DNA from: Thermoanaerobaculia bacterium
Lineage (GTDB): Bacteria; Acidobacteriota; Thermoanaerobaculia; UBA5066
Assembly (NCBI GenBank): GCA_035542215.1
Contig: DATKLW010000082.1
Location: 1,733-65,732, forward strand
DNA length: 64,000 bases
Reading direction: 5' to 3'
The notes beneath the pieces were generated by a model. It was not told the DNA's origin. It worked only from the letters and a program-made list of their open reading frames with translations, and did not search any database. The first letter of the stretch is position 1. Each line of letters starts with the position of its first letter. This document shows positions 16,506-27,811 of the stretch, one piece after another. The translations under genes and the position numbers were made by a program.

Positions 16506-17948
16506 TCAGCGCGGCGTTCCGCCTTCGAACCCGCCCCCGAGAGCCTTCACGAGGTTGACGCTCGCCACCATGCGGCGCGTGCGGAGGTCGACGGCCGTCC
16601 GCTCGTTCGAAAGGGCCACCGTCTGCGCCGTCACGACCTCGAGGTAAGTCGTGATGCCGCCCTGGTAGCGGTTCTCCGCGAGCTGAACGAGTCTCCCGGA
16701 GGCCGCGACGGCGGCCGCCTGTTGCCTCTCCTCGAGGGCGAGCAGCCGCAGGGCGGCGAGCTGGTCCTCGACCTCCTGGAAGGCCGTGAGGGCGGTCTCG
16801 CGGTAGGCGCCGACGGCGGCGTCGTACTCGGCGCGGCGCTGCTCGGTCACGCCGCGGCGGCGGCCGCCGTCGAAGAGCGTGCCGAGCGCCGCGGGGCCGA
16901 GGGACCAGATGAAGGCCGGGGCGGTGAAGAGCTTCGACAGCGTCGTGCTCACGAAACCCGCGGAGGCGTCGAGGGAGATCGTCGGGTAGTACGCGGCGAC
17001 CGCGACGCCGATGAGCGCGCTCGCGGCGGCCGCGCGGCGCTCGGCGGCGGCCACGTCGGGCCGGCGCTCGAGGAGCTCGGACGGCAGGAGGCCCGGGATC
17101 GCGGGCGGCGCGACGGAGATCTCCGCGGCCGGGATCGTGAGGTCGGCCGGCGCCTTGCCGACGAGGAAGGCGATCGCGTGCTCGGTCTGGGCGCGCGAGA
17201 TCGCCACGTCGATCGCCTGCGCGCGCGTCGTCTCGAGGAGCGTCTCGGCCTGCGCCACGTCCACGCCCGAGACGACACCCTGGTCGTGGCGGTTGACCGT
17301 GAGCTTGAGGGCTTCCGCCTGCGCGGCGACGTTCGTGGAGAGCAGGGCGATCTCCGCGTCGAAGCCGTGAAGCTGGAACCAGCTGGCCGCGAGCTCGGCT
17401 TCCATGGAGAGCTTCACGCTCTCGAGGTCGTTCTGCGCCGCGGCGACGCCCGCGCTGCTGGACTCCACGTTTCGTCGCACGCGGCCCCACACGTCCAGCT
17501 CCCACGACGCGTCGCCGGCGGCGGAGTACGTCGTCGCCGTCACGGGCACGGGGCCCGGCGCTCCGGCCTGGTTCGTGAGAACGCGCGCGCGCGTCGCGGC
17601 GGCGCTGGCCGACACGGTTGGCGTGAAGTCGGCGCGCGTCTGCCTCAGGATGGCGCGCGCGGCGCGGTACCGCGCCTCGGCCTGCGCGATGGTCGTGTTG
17701 GAGGTCGCGAGCTCGTCTTCGAGCAGATCGAGATCCGGGTCGCCGAAGATCTTCCACCAGGCGCCGCGCGGCAGGGCGTCGGCCGGGCGGGCGACCCTCC
17801 ATTCCGAGGCGTCGACCGGCGCCTCCTTGAAGGAGGAGGGCGCGACGGTCGCGGGCTTCACGTAGTCCGGCCCCACCGCGCAGCCCGACACGGCAAGGGC
17901 GAGGGCAAGGGCGAGGGCGCCGCGGAGCGAGTCAGATCGCTGGTTCAT
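16506..17948 (-). CDS. Outer-membrane efflux lipoprotein, NodT/OprM family
   Basis: Lipobox LAVSGC, the two OEP repeats, and a position at the end of an RND operon. It overlaps the 3' end of the preceding RND gene by 17 nt. Confidence 0.9.
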   Translation of the reverse strand: MNQRSDSLRGALALALALAVSGCAVGPDYVKPATVAPSSFKEAPVDASEWRVARPADALPRGAWWKIFGDPDLDLLEDELATSNTTIAQAEARYRAARAILRQTRADFTPTVSASAAATRARVLTNQAGAPGPVPVTATTYSAAGDASWELDVWGRVRRNVESSSAGVAAAQNDLESVKLSMEAELAASWFQLHGFDAEIALLSTNVAAQAEALKLTVNRHDQGVVSGVDVAQAETLLETTRAQAIDVAISRAQTEHAIAFLVGKAPADLTIPAAEISVAPPAIPGLLPSELLERRPDVAAAERRAAAASALIGVAVAAYYPTISLDASAGFVSTTLSKLFTAPAFIWSLGPAALGTLFDGGRRRGVTEQRRAEYDAAVGAYRETALTAFQEVEDQLAALRLLALEERQQAAAVAASGRLVQLAENRYQGGITTYLEVVTAQTVALSNERTAVDLRTRRMVASVNLVKALGGGFEGGTPR

Positions 17949-20900
17949 GCGAGAGGTCCGCTTTCCTGGTGCGCCCGCGGCGCCGGGACTCCCAGCGCAG
18001 CCTCAGGCGGTCGAGGTAGAGGTAGATGACGGGCGTCGTGAAGAGCGTGAGCATCTGGCTGAAGACGAGTCCGCCCACGATCGCGATGCCGAGCGGGCGG
18101 CGGAGCTCGGAGCCGACCCCGGACCCGAGTGCGAGCGGAAGGCCGCCGAGGAGCGCCGCCATCGTCGTCATCGTGATGGGGCGGAACCGGAGGATGCAGG
18201 CCTGGAAGATCGCGTCCTCGGGGCTCTTCTTGTCCTTGCGCTCGGCCTCGATCGCGAAGTCGATCATCAGGATCGCGTTCTTCTTGACGATGCCGATGAG
18301 AAGGATGATCCCGATGAGCGCGATCACGCTGAGATCCGTCCCCGTGAAGAGCAGGGCCACGAGAGCGCCCACGCCCGCGGACGGGAGCGTCGAGAGGATC
18401 GTGACGGGGTGGATGAGGCTTTCGTAGAGGACGCCGAGGACGATGTAGACGGTCAGGAGGGCCGCGAGAATGAGGATGGGCTCGTTCGCGAGCGATTCCT
18501 GGAAGGCCTTGGCCGTGCCCTGGTAACTCGGGCGGATCGCGGACGGGAGGCCGATCTCGCCCGTCGCCTTGTTGATCTCGTCCACGGCGTCCCCGAGGGC
18601 GACCCCCGGCGCGAGGTTGAACGACAGCGTCACGGCGGGGAACTGACCCTGGTGGTTGATCGCGAGCGGGGCCGTCGTGCGCTCGAAACGCGTGAAGGCG
18701 CTGAGCGGAACCTGCGTGCCGTCCCTCGCCTTGACCCAGATCGATCTCAGGCTCTCCGGGTCCTGCCAGTATTTCGGATCCACCTCCATGACGACGTGGT
18801 ACTGGTTGAGCGGCTGGTACATCGTGGAGACCTGGCGCTGGCCGAACGCGTCGTACAGGGCGTCGTCGATCTGCTGCGGCGTGATCCCGAGGCGCGACGC
18901 GGTGGCCCGGTCGATCGTGACGTCGGCCTGCAGGCCCTTCGTCTGCTGGTCGCTGTTGAGGTCGACGATTCCCTTGATGCTCTTGAGCTTCTCGAGGACC
19001 CTCGGAGCCCAGGTCTCGAGGTCCCGATGGTCGTCGGCCGAGAGCGTGTACTGGTACTGGGCGTTCGACGCGAAGCCGCCGATGCGGAGGTCCTGCACGG
19101 CCTGGAGGAACAGGCTGCCCCCGGCCACCGAGCCGAGCTTTCCCCTCAGGCGCCCGACGACCTGGTCGGCGCTGAGCTTCCTCTTGCGGAGGTCCTTCAG
19201 CGTGACGAACATGCGCCCGCCGTTCACCGTGCCCTGGCCGCCCGTGTAGGCCTGAACGTACTCGGTCGCGGGGTCCTTCATGACGACCTCGACGAACGCC
19301 GCGACGCGCCGCGACATCGCCTGAAAGGACGTGCTCTGGTCGCCGAGGATCGCGCCGGACAGGCGGCCGGTGTCCTGCTGGGGGAAGAACCCCTTCGGCA
19401 CCTTGACGAACAGGAGGACCGTCGCCGCCATCGTCGCGAGAGTGACCGCGAGCGTGAACGGCTGGTGGCGCAGGACCCAGCGCAAGGCGGTCTCGTAGAC
19501 GTCGAGGATCCACTTGAACGCCTTCTCGGACGCCGCGAACACGCGCCCGTGCTTCTCCTCGTTCTTTCCCTTGAGGAGCCAGGCGCACATCATCGGAGTC
19601 GTCGTGAGGGAGACGAGCATCGAGACGAAGATGGCGACCGAGAGCGTGACGGCGAACTCGCGGAAGAGGCGGCCCACGATGCCGCCCATCAGGAGGATCG
19701 GGATGAAAACGGCGATGAGGGACATGCTGATCGAGAAGACCGTGAAGCCGATCTCGCGGGCGCCCTCCAGAGCGGCCGCGAAGGGCGCCATGCCCGCCTC
19801 GACGTGACGCGTGATGTTCTCGATCACGACGATCGCGTCGTCCACGACGAAGCCGGTCGCGATCGTCATCGCCATGAGGGACAGGTTGTCGATGCTGTAG
19901 CCGAGGAGGTACATCGCGCCGAACGTCCCGACGAGAGAGACGGGCACGGCCACGCTCGGGATGATCGTCGAGCGCACGCTTCTCAGGAACGCGAAGACGA
20001 CGAGGATGACGAGCCCGATCGAGATCATGAGCGTGATCTGGACGTCCCTCACGGACGCACGGATCGTGCCGGTCCGGTCGAGCATGACGGACACCTTGAT
20101 CGTGGGCGGCACTTCGGCCTGGAGCTGCGGCATGAGGGCCGTGATGCGGTCGACCGTGTCGATGATGTTCGCGCCGGGCTGGCGAAACACGATGAGAAGG
20201 ACGGCCGGCTGGTTGTTCGCGATCCCGGTCGTCATGACGTTCTCGACGGAATCGGTCACGGTGGCGATGTCGGAGAGCCGGAGCGCCGCCCCGTTCCTGT
20301 AGGAGACGACGAGAGGCCGGTACTGGTCGGCCTTGAGGAGCTGATCGGTCGTCGCGATGGACCACAGGCGTCCGCCCATCCCGAGCTCGCCCTTCGGGCT
20401 GTTCGCGTTCGCGTTCGCGAGGAGGGTCCGCACGTCCTCGAGGCCGAGGCCCGTCCGGCTGAGGGCGGTCGGGTTCACGTCCACGCGCACGGCGGGGAGC
20501 GCGCCGCCGCCCGCGAACACCTGACCGACGCCCGGCACCTGAGCGAGCTTCTGCTGGAGGACCGACGACGCGAGGTCGTACATCTGGGAGCGCGGCGCGA
20601 TGTCGGACGTCAGGCCGATCAGCATGATCGGGGCGTCGGCGGGGTTCACCTTCCGGTAGCTCGGGTTGTTCGGGAGGTTCGTGGGTAGCTGGCCGCGGGC
20701 GGCGTTGATCGCGGCCTGGACGTCCCGCGCGGCGGCGTCGATGTTCCGCGAAAGGTCGAACTGGAGCACGATCGTCGTGGAGCCGAGGGAGCTCTGCGAC
20801 GTCATTTCGGTGATGCCCGCGATCCGCCCGAACTGCCTCTCGAGGGGCGTCGCGACGGACGACGCCATCGTGTCGGGGTTCGCGCCGGGCAGCGCCGCCG

Positions 20901-21042
20901 AGACCTGGATCGTGGGGAACTCCACCTGGGGAAGCGGCGCCACCGGGAGAAAGAAATAGGCGATGCCGCCGGCCAGCGCGAGCGCCACCGTGAGAAGGCT
21001 CGTCCCGATCGGCCTGCGGATGAACGGCGCGGAAAGGCTCAT
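17932..21042 (-). CDS. mdtC: RND multidrug efflux permease, MdtC-like
   Basis: 1036 aa. The N-terminus [49 protein letters not shown] is typical of MdtC/AcrB-family pumps. ATGA overlap with the upstream RND gene. Confidence 0.9.
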   Translation of the reverse strand: MSLSAPFIRRPIGTSLLTVALALAGGIAYFFLPVAPLPQVEFPTIQVSAALPGANPDTMASSVATPLERQFGRIAGITEMTSQSSLGSTTIVLQFDLSRNIDAAARDVQAAINAARGQLPTNLPNNPSYRKVNPADAPIMLIGLTSDIAPRSQMYDLASSVLQQKLAQVPGVGQVFAGGGALPAVRVDVNPTALSRTGLGLEDVRTLLANANANSPKGELGMGGRLWSIATTDQLLKADQYRPLVVSYRNGAALRLSDIATVTDSVENVMTTGIANNQPAVLLIVFRQPGANIIDTVDRITALMPQLQAEVPPTIKVSVMLDRTGTIRASVRDVQITLMISIGLVILVVFAFLRSVRSTIIPSVAVPVSLVGTFGAMYLLGYSIDNLSLMAMTIATGFVVDDAIVVIENITRHVEAGMAPFAAALEGAREIGFTVFSISMSLIAVFIPILLMGGIVGRLFREFAVTLSVAIFVSMLVSLTTTPMMCAWLLKGKNEEKHGRVFAASEKAFKWILDVYETALRWVLRHQPFTLAVTLATMAATVLLFVKVPKGFFPQQDTGRLSGAILGDQSTSFQAMSRRVAAFVEVVMKDPATEYVQAYTGGQGTVNGGRMFVTLKDLRKRKLSADQVVGRLRGKLGSVAGGSLFLQAVQDLRIGGFASNAQYQYTLSADDHRDLETWAPRVLEKLKSIKGIVDLNSDQQTKGLQADVTIDRATASRLGITPQQIDDALYDAFGQRQVSTMYQPLNQYHVVMEVDPKYWQDPESLRSIWVKARDGTQVPLSAFTRFERTTAPLAINHQGQFPAVTLSFNLAPGVALGDAVDEINKATGEIGLPSAIRPSYQGTAKAFQESLANEPILILAALLTVYIVLGVLYESLIHPVTILSTLPSAGVGALVALLFTGTDLSVIALIGIILLIGIVKKNAILMIDFAIEAERKDKKSPEDAIFQACILRFRPITMTTMAALLGGLPLALGSGVGSELRRPLGIAIVGGLVFSQMLTLFTTPVIYLYLDRLRLRWESRRRGRTRKADLSHEPAI

Positions 21043-24000
21043 CGGCCCGCCGCCGGCGACGGCTCGGGCGCGCCCGCGCCCGCCGCCTCGTCCCTCCGCG
21101 GCCCGGTCTTCGCGAGCCGGGCGGCGAGCCGGTCGAAGTAGAGGTAGATGACCGGCGTCGTGTAGAGGGTGAGCATCTGGCTGAAGATGAGGCCGCCCAC
21201 GATCGCGATCCCGAGCGGCCGCCTGAGCTCGGCGCCCGTGCCGGTCCCGAGAGCGAGAGGCACTCCGGCCAGGAGCGCCGCCATCGTCGTCATGATGATG
21301 GGGCGGAACCTCTGCAGCGCGGCCTGGGTGATCGCGTCGAGAGGCGCCTTCTTGTCCTTGCGCTCGGCCTCGAGGGCGAAGTCGATCATCATGATCGCGT
21401 TCTTTTCCACGATCCCGATGAGAAGGACGATGCCGATGAGCGCGACGACCGTGAAGTCCAGCCGGCAGAGCATGAGCGAGAGCAGGGCTCCCACGCCCGC
21501 CGACGGGAGGGTCGAGAGGATCGTGACGGGGTGGATCGCGCTCTCATAGAGGACGCCGAGCAGGATGTAGACGGTCACGAGCGCGGCGAGGATGAGGATG
21601 GGGGTGTTCGTGAGCGAGGCGCCGAACGCCCGCGCCGTGCCCTCGAACTGGGCCTGGATGCTCCGGGGAAGCCCGAGCTCCGCCTGCGCCTTCTCGATGG
21701 CCTTCACGGCGGCCCCGAGGGAGGCGTCGGGCGCGAGGTTGAACGAGACCGTCGCCGCGGGGAACTGCCCCTGGTGGTTCACGGCGAGAGGGGCGTTGAC
21801 CGTCTCGACGGTGGCGAGCGCGCTCAGGGGGACCGAGCCTCCCGTGGACGAGCGCAGGTAGACGTTCTGGAGGTCCTCGGGCCTCACCTGCAGCTCGGGG
21901 CGGCCCTCGAGGACGACGCGGTATTGGTTGAGCTGCGTGAACATGGTCGAGACCTGGCGCTGGCCGAACGTGTCGTAGAGCGCGTCGTCGATCTGCTGCG
22001 GCGTGACGCCGAAGCGCGACGCCGAGTTCCGGTCGATCACGACCCGCGCCTGGACCCCCGAGGTCGAAAGGTCGCTCGCCACGTCGCGCAGCTGGGGGAG
22101 CGCTTTCAGCCTGTCGACGAAGCGCGGAACCCAGACGGCGAGCTCTGCGGCGTCGGAGTCCTCGAGGCTGTACTGGTACTGCGTCTTGCTGACCCGGTCC
22201 TCGACCGTGAGGTCCTGCACGGGCTGGAGGAAGAGCAGGATTCCCGGGACCTTGTTGAGCTCGGGCTGGAGCCGCCGGATCAGGTCGTCGGCGCCGATCT
22301 TCCGGTCTTCGAGGGGCTTGAGGTTGATCTGGATCCGCCCGCTGTTGGGCGTCATGTTGGTTCCGTCGACGCCGGTGAACGACGAGAGGCTCTCGACGGC
22401 CGGGTCCCTCAGGATGACGGCCGCGAGCTGTTGCTGCCGGGCGGCCATCGTCGAGAAGGAGACCGTCTGCGGCGCCTCGGAGATTCCGAGGATCACGCCC
22501 GTGTCCTGCACCGGAAAAAAGCCCTTCGGGATCACGACGTAGAGGAGGATCGTCGCCGCGAACGTGAGGATCGCAACGGCGAGCGTGGCGGGCTGGTGCC
22601 GGAGCACCCAGGCGAGCGTCCGCTCGTAGAAGTCGATGATGCGCTGGAAAACGCGCCCCGAGGACCGGTAGAACCGGCTCTGCTGGTCCTCGGGGACGTG
22701 ACGGAGGAGGCGCGCGCACATCATCGGCGTGAGCGTGAGCGAGACGGCCGCCGAGATGAGGATCGTGACCGAGAGCGTCACGGCGAACTCGCGGAACAGG
22801 CGTCCGACGATGTCGCCCATGAAGAGGAGCGGGATCAGGACCGCGATGAGGGACACGGTCAGCGACAGGATCGTGAAGCCGATCTGCTCGGAGCCCTTCA
22901 GGGCGGCCGCGAGCGGCTTTTCTCCCTGTTCGATGTAGCGCGAGATGTTCTCGATCATGACGATCGCGTCGTCCACGACGAACCCCGTCGAGATCGTGAG
23001 CGCCATGAGGGTGAGGTTGTTCAGGCTGTAGCCGAGGGCGTACATCGCGGCAAACGTCCCCATGAGGGAGAGCGGGACCGCGACGCTCGGGATGACCGTG
23101 GCCGGAATGCTCCTCAGGAAGATGAAGATGACCATGACGACGAGCGCGATCACGAGCATGAGCTCGAACTCGACGTCCGCGACGGACGCCCGGATCGTCG
23201 TCGTGCGGTCCGTGAGGATGCGGACGTCGATCGCGGCCGGCAGGCTGGCCTTGAGCTGCGGGAGGAGGGTCTTCACACGGTCGACGACCGCGATGATGTT
23301 CGCGCCGGGCTGGCGCTGGATGTTCAGGATGACGGCCGGCGTCTCGTTCATCCACGCGGCCTGCTTGACGTTCTCGGCGCTGTCGACGACGAGCGCGACG
23401 TCGGAGAGACGAACCGGTGCGCCCTTCCGGTAGGCGATCACGAGGGGCAGGTAGTCGGCGCTCGCGAGGAGCTGGTCGTTCGCGCCGATCGTGTAGGACT
23501 GGCTCTTGCCGTCGAAGCTCCCCTTGGCCTGGTTGACGTTCGCGTTCGCGAGCGCCGCGCGGACGTCCTCCATCGTGAGGCCATAGGACGAAAGCGCGGT
23601 CGGATTGACCTGGACGCGCACGGCAGGCTTCTGGCCGCCGCTGATCGAGACGAGGCCGATGCCGGGGAGCTGCGAGATCTTCTGCGCGAGCCGCGTGTCG
23701 GCGATGTCCTCCACCTGGGAGAGCGCCATCGTCTTCGAGGTGAGGGCCAGCGTGAGGATCGGCGCGTCGGCCGGATTCGTTTTGCTGTAGATCGGAGGGT
23801 TCGGGAGGTCCTTCGGGAGATAGGTTCCCGCCGCGTTGATCGCGGCCTGGACCTGCTGCTCGGCGACGTCGATGTTCAGTTCGAGCGTGAACTGGAGGGT
23901 GATGACCGACGCGCCCTGCGAGCTCGTCGAGGTCATCTGGTTGAGGCCCGGCACCTGGCCGAACTGCCTCTCGAGAGGCGCGGTGACCGAGGAGGCCATG

Positions 24001-24173
24001 ACGTCCGGGCTCGCGCCGGGATAGAACGTCAGCACCTGGATCGTCGGGTAGTCGACCTGCGGGAGCGCCGACACGGGGAGCTGATGGAAGCCGACGACGC
24101 CGATCAGCAGGAGTCCCGCCATCAGGAGGGACGTCGCGACCGGCCGCTCGATGAAGGGTCGGGAGGGGTTCAT
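21039..24173 (-). CDS. mdtB: RND multidrug efflux permease, MdtB-like
   Basis: Start re-set to the ATG at 24173 ([47 protein letters not shown]). The 395 upstream codons of the track ORF overlap the MFP gene out of frame and were rejected. Confidence 0.9.
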   Translation of the reverse strand: MNPSRPFIERPVATSLLMAGLLLIGVVGFHQLPVSALPQVDYPTIQVLTFYPGASPDVMASSVTAPLERQFGQVPGLNQMTSTSSQGASVITLQFTLELNIDVAEQQVQAAINAAGTYLPKDLPNPPIYSKTNPADAPILTLALTSKTMALSQVEDIADTRLAQKISQLPGIGLVSISGGQKPAVRVQVNPTALSSYGLTMEDVRAALANANVNQAKGSFDGKSQSYTIGANDQLLASADYLPLVIAYRKGAPVRLSDVALVVDSAENVKQAAWMNETPAVILNIQRQPGANIIAVVDRVKTLLPQLKASLPAAIDVRILTDRTTTIRASVADVEFELMLVIALVVMVIFIFLRSIPATVIPSVAVPLSLMGTFAAMYALGYSLNNLTLMALTISTGFVVDDAIVMIENISRYIEQGEKPLAAALKGSEQIGFTILSLTVSLIAVLIPLLFMGDIVGRLFREFAVTLSVTILISAAVSLTLTPMMCARLLRHVPEDQQSRFYRSSGRVFQRIIDFYERTLAWVLRHQPATLAVAILTFAATILLYVVIPKGFFPVQDTGVILGISEAPQTVSFSTMAARQQQLAAVILRDPAVESLSSFTGVDGTNMTPNSGRIQINLKPLEDRKIGADDLIRRLQPELNKVPGILLFLQPVQDLTVEDRVSKTQYQYSLEDSDAAELAVWVPRFVDRLKALPQLRDVASDLSTSGVQARVVIDRNSASRFGVTPQQIDDALYDTFGQRQVSTMFTQLNQYRVVLEGRPELQVRPEDLQNVYLRSSTGGSVPLSALATVETVNAPLAVNHQGQFPAATVSFNLAPDASLGAAVKAIEKAQAELGLPRSIQAQFEGTARAFGASLTNTPILILAALVTVYILLGVLYESAIHPVTILSTLPSAGVGALLSLMLCRLDFTVVALIGIVLLIGIVEKNAIMMIDFALEAERKDKKAPLDAITQAALQRFRPIIMTTMAALLAGVPLALGTGTGAELRRPLGIAIVGGLIFSQMLTLYTTPVIYLYFDRLAARLAKTGPRRDEAAGAGAPEPSPAAGR

Positions 24174-25429
24174 CGACCCGTCGAGGTCCCCGCGGGGGCC
24201 GGCGCCGCGGGCGCGGGGGTGGCCGCCGTGCCGGGAGCGCCGGGCCTCGCCGTCTCCACCCTGGAGCCCGCCTGCAGCCGGTCCACGCCCTCGGTCACGA
24301 CGACCTCGCCCGCGGCGAGCCCTTTCGAGATCGCGGTCGCGTCGCCTTCCGTGAGCCGGACTTCGACCGGGCGCACGTCGACGGTCTGGTCTTCCTTGAC
24401 GACGAACGCGAAGTTGCCCTGCGTCCCGCGCTGGATCGCGGCGTTGGGGACGAGGACGACGCCCTTGAGCGTGTCGATGAGGAGCCGCGGATTCACGAAC
24501 TGGTTCGGGAAGAGCGAGTCGTCGGCGTTCGCGAAGATCGCCTTGAGCTTCAGCGTGCCCGTCGTCGTGTCGATCTGGTTGTCGAGCGTCGCGAGCTCGC
24601 CGGTCGCGAGCTTGTGCTTGAGGTCGCGGTCGAACGCCTCCACCGGGAGCTTCACGCCCTGGCGCACCTTCGCGCGCACGACGTTGACCTGAGCCTCCGG
24701 GAGCGTGAAGACGACCGCGATGGGCTGCACCTGCGTGATCACGACGAGCCCGTTCGGGTCCGAGGCGTGAATCATGTTCCCCGCGTCGACGAGGCGCAGC
24801 CCGACGCGGCCGCCGATCGGCGCCGTGATGCGCGTGTAAACGAGGTTGAGCCTCGCGGCGTCGACCAGTCCCTGATCCGTCTTGAGGACGCCTTCGTCCT
24901 GCGCGACGGTCGCGGCCTGCGTGTCGAGCTGCTGCTTCGGGATGGAGTCCTGTGTCGCGAGAACCCGGTAGCGCTCGAGGTCCAGTCTCGCGTTCTGCAG
25001 CGTGGCCGCGTCCTTCGCGAGCTGGCCCAGGGCCTGGTCGAGCTGCACCTGGAAGGGGCGCGGATCGATCTCGGCCAGGAGCTCGCCCTTGCCGACGATC
25101 TGCCCCTCCCGGAACGCGACGGTCGCGAGCTCGCCGTCCACCCGGCTCCGCACCGTGACGGTGTTCAGGGCCGTCACGGTTCCGAGTCCCGTCAAATAGA
25201 CAGGAAGGTCTCCGATGCGGGCGGCCGCGGTCACGACCGACACCGCGCGGGGGCGCGCCTTCGCGTCGGCCTCGTTTCTCTGACGCTTGCGCCGCGCCCC
25301 GACGATCAGGATGGCCGCGATGACGATCAGTACGACCGCCCCGACGATCCAGGGCCACCGGCGGTGGCCTTCCAGGAGGGGCCCGCCGCCGGGCGTCCCG
25401 GTTCGAGGCGCTTCAGAAGACGTGTTCAA
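24170..25429 (-). CDS. mdtA: RND periplasmic adaptor (membrane fusion protein), MdtA-like
   Basis: HlyD/MFP body ([39 protein letters not shown]...). The start is proposed at the TTG at 25429 with GGAGAG 5 nt upstream; the upstream part of the track ORF is Arg/Pro-rich junk. Confidence 0.85.
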   Translation of the reverse strand: MNTSSEAPRTGTPGGGPLLEGHRRWPWIVGAVVLIVIAAILIVGARRKRQRNEADAKARPRAVSVVTAAARIGDLPVYLTGLGTVTALNTVTVRSRVDGELATVAFREGQIVGKGELLAEIDPRPFQVQLDQALGQLAKDAATLQNARLDLERYRVLATQDSIPKQQLDTQAATVAQDEGVLKTDQGLVDAARLNLVYTRITAPIGGRVGLRLVDAGNMIHASDPNGLVVITQVQPIAVVFTLPEAQVNVVRAKVRQGVKLPVEAFDRDLKHKLATGELATLDNQIDTTTGTLKLKAIFANADDSLFPNQFVNPRLLIDTLKGVVLVPNAAIQRGTQGNFAFVVKEDQTVDVRPVEVRLTEGDATAISKGLAAGEVVVTEGVDRLQAGSRVETARPGAPGTAATPAPAAPAPAGTSTGR

Positions 25430-25591
25430 GACTGCTCTCCTTCGCCGCTCCCGCCGTGCAACCGGCGGACCGGCCGGCGATTCTCGGCGAAGCCAGGGCG
25501 GCCGGGGAGAGCATGAACGTGCGCTCCTGCGGGTCGGGTTCGCGGCTTCCCCGCGGTAAACCGCGCGGGATCGAGCCGCGTCTTCGCGGGT

Positions 25592-25837
25592 GTGCACGCC
25601 TCGAGCGACGAAACGATCCCCGTACGCGCCCCCCGGAAGGGACTCTGGATCCTCGTCGCCGTGGCGGCGGTTCTCGCCGGCGCAGGGTTTCTCTGGTGGC
25701 GGGCGAGGAGCCGGAGGCCGCATTACGTCACGGCGGCGGTGACGCGCGGCGCGGTCCAGCGCAGCGTCAGCATGACGGGCGCGCTGAACCCGCTCGTCAC
25801 GGTGCAGGTCTATTCTCCATGGCCGCCAGCCCGATGA
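25592..25837 (+). pseudogene. N-terminal remnant (~70 aa) of a MacA/HlyD-type periplasmic adaptor gene
   Basis: An 81-codon ORF encodes a TM anchor (GLWILVAVAAVLAGAGFLWW) and then HYVTAAVTRGAVQRSVSMTGALNPLVTVQV, the canonical start of MFP barrel-sandwich proteins. It then diverges and stops after 11 more codons, overlapping the start of the next gene. Confidence 0.4.
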
Positions 25838-27366
25838 GTCCGAGCGAGGTCCCGATTCGCGGCCTGCCTCTCCAATGGCGTCTCGGGCTTTCGACGTCCG
25901 TGATCGTCACGCTGGTTCTGGGCTCCCTGACGTTCTTCTTCCAGAGGAGCGAGGTCGCGCGGTCTCGCGAGCGCCGGGAGGGCGTTCTGGCCGAGGCGGC
26001 GGCGCCTCTCGCCTCGGACATCGAGGCGGCGCCAGACGTCTCGGCGTTGCGCGAGCGCCTCGGAAGCTTCGAGGATGCGCACGCGCGGCGCGGAGACCGG
26101 CATCTCCGCGCATTTCTTCGGGACGCGGACGGCCGTCCTGCCGTGGGACGCTCGGACGACGTTCCGCGAGAGCCTCCCCCCGGGTCCTTCCGCGCCCGGC
26201 TCGAGGTCGTCACGAGCCTTCTCCGCGGCGGCCGCGGCACGCTGGAGGTCTGGCAGGACGGCCAGGAGTTCGAGCAGACGGTCGAACGCCGCTGGAGGTT
26301 CTGGATCCTCAGCATCGCGGCCGCCATTGCGTCTCTTCTCGTCTCGCTCTTTGTCGCCTACCACCTCCTCATCGAGAGGCCGCTCCGCCGGCTGGTCGAC
26401 GGCGTGGGCCAGATGGAGAAGGGCTACTGGAGCGGCCTCGAGATCCCGCGCGGCGCGTGGGAGCTGCGCTGGCTCGCTCACCGGTTCCGCAACCTCGGGA
26501 CGCAGCTCGAGGAGACCGTCAGGCGCCTCGTCGAGGCGGAACGGCGCGCGGGACCCGAGCAGCCGGTCCCCCGCATCGTCGCGGATGGCGACCCGGCGGC
26601 GGCGGCGGGCGGCGACGCCCCGCCGGCGCCCGTGGGCGGCGCCCACGTCCGAAGGCGGCTGCTGCGGCGCACTCTCGCGTCGCGTTGCCGCTTCCTCGAA
26701 TCGCAGGACCCGAAGGACGCCGGAGCGAGGGCCGCGGCGAAAGTGTCGTGGGAACGCGACGTCGCAGAGGCCGACCGGCTCGGTGACGACGGTCTGAAGA
26801 CCCGGCTCGAGGACGCCGCCCTGAGGATCCTCGAGCCCGCCGCGTTCGAGGAGATCAGGCGGCGGCTATCGACGCTGCCCGCGACGAACCGGACCTGGCT
26901 GAGGAAGCGTGAGACGGAGATCCGGAAAGCCCTCGCGGATGGACACGTCCGCCACAGGGCCCTCCGCTACCGCGTAAAGAACCCGGCGGGCATCTGGCGC
27001 AAGAGTCATGCGAAGGGCCTCGCTCTCGACCAGGTCCAGGACGTGGTGGCCTTCCGGATTGTCGTGAAGGACGAGCACGACTGTTACCTCGCCCTGAAGG
27101 CGATTCACGCCCGGTTCGAGCCGCTGCTCCTCAGGTTCAAGGACTACATCGCTCATCCCAAGGAGAACGGCTACCGGAGCCTCCACACCTGCATCAAGGC
27201 TCAAGACGGGATCGTGTTCGAGGTCCAGATCCGGACCCTCGACATGCATCTTCAGGCCGAGGCCGCGCACTGGCGCTACAAGGCGGGTGACGGCTTGCCA
27301 GGCGGCGGCCCCGGGGGTGCTGCCGAAGGGAACTCGGCACGCGATGTGCGTGCGCCCGCCCTTTGA
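25819..27366 (+). CDS. Membrane-bound HAMP-domain protein with a C-terminal RelA/SpoT-type (p)ppGpp synthetase domain (small alarmone synthetase-like); no HD hydrolase domain
   Basis: Start re-set to the ATG at 25819. TM1 is ~aa 21-41, followed by a ~118-aa charged loop, TM2 at ~aa 160-184 and a HAMP-like segment (IERPLRRLVDGVGQMEKGYW...RFRNLGTQLEETVRRLVEAE). Residues ~380-488 are YRVKNPAGIWRK...DVVAFRIVV...FKDYIAHPKENGYRSLHTCI...FEVQIRTLDMHLQAEAAHWRYK, the RelA_SpoT synthetase signature. Confidence 0.8.
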   Translation: MAASPMSPSEVPIRGLPLQWRLGLSTSVIVTLVLGSLTFFFQRSEVARSRERREGVLAEAAAPLASDIEAAPDVSALRERLGSFEDAHARRGDRHLRAFLRDADGRPAVGRSDDVPREPPPGSFRARLEVVTSLLRGGRGTLEVWQDGQEFEQTVERRWRFWILSIAAAIASLLVSLFVAYHLLIERPLRRLVDGVGQMEKGYWSGLEIPRGAWELRWLAHRFRNLGTQLEETVRRLVEAERRAGPEQPVPRIVADGDPAAAAGGDAPPAPVGGAHVRRRLLRRTLASRCRFLESQDPKDAGARAAAKVSWERDVAEADRLGDDGLKTRLEDAALRILEPAAFEEIRRRLSTLPATNRTWLRKRETEIRKALADGHVRHRALRYRVKNPAGIWRKSHAKGLALDQVQDVVAFRIVVKDEHDCYLALKAIHARFEPLLLRFKDYIAHPKENGYRSLHTCIKAQDGIVFEVQIRTLDMHLQAEAAHWRYKAGDGLPGGGPGGAAEGNSARDVRAPAL

Positions 27367-27412
27367 CGTCTGCAGGGGACAACGTGTCTCATTGCATGGT
27401 GGGGGAATCAGG

Positions 27413-27811
27413 ATGATGAAATTACGCCTTCTGTGGATCGCGGCGGGGGCGGCGATGCTCGCCGCCGGCGCTCCGGCCCAAGGTGCCGATCCGGGCGACG
27501 GGGCCCCGGCCGGGCAGACGCCGCCCGCCCAGCGGATCGCGATCGATCCACGGACGGGCATGCTCGCGGCCGCTCCTCCGGCGGCGTCGACGGCGGCCCC
27601 GAGCCCGGCCGTGCGCAGCGCCCCGCTTGTGGGCGTCCGGCTCCAGAGCGGAGCGACGAGGGTGGACCTGAAGGGCCGCTACCGGATGGCCGTGGTCGCG
27701 CACGTCGACGCCGCCGGATCGATCACGACGAGCTGCGAGCCGGCGGGCGAGCCGTCCGCGAAACAGGATTCCACCGGGGGGCACACGGTCGAGGCGCAGC
27801 ATGAGAAGTGA
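27413..27811 (+). CDS. Small secreted hypothetical protein (132 aa)
   Basis: The ATG at 27413 gives the signal peptide MMKLRLLWIAAGAAMLAAGAPAQG. Pro/Ala-rich middle and a short beta-rich C-terminus with one Cys. It overlaps the downstream metalloprotease gene by 11 nt. Confidence 0.6.
   Translation: MMKLRLLWIAAGAAMLAAGAPAQGADPGDGAPAGQTPPAQRIAIDPRTGMLAAAPPAASTAAPSPAVRSAPLVGVRLQSGATRVDLKGRYRMAVVAHVDAAGSITTSCEPAGEPSAKQDSTGGHTVEAQHEK

Noticed and set aside
15384-24692. Plus-strand giant ORFs (15384-18029, 17947-20688, 21531-24692) and the minus-strand alternative frames 17945-20365 and 21544-23355
   Set aside because: All are antisense to, or out of frame with, the clearly recognisable HtrA, OMF, MdtC and MdtB genes. 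Their low-complexity R/D/E/G/H/P composition marks them as artefacts.
24174-25723. Reading mdtB as a 1439-aa protein (to 25358) and mdtA as 517 aa (to 25723)
   Set aside because: The conserved RND N-terminus starts at 24173, and the MFP similarity starts near 25400. Upstream codons are junk and overlap neighbouring genes.
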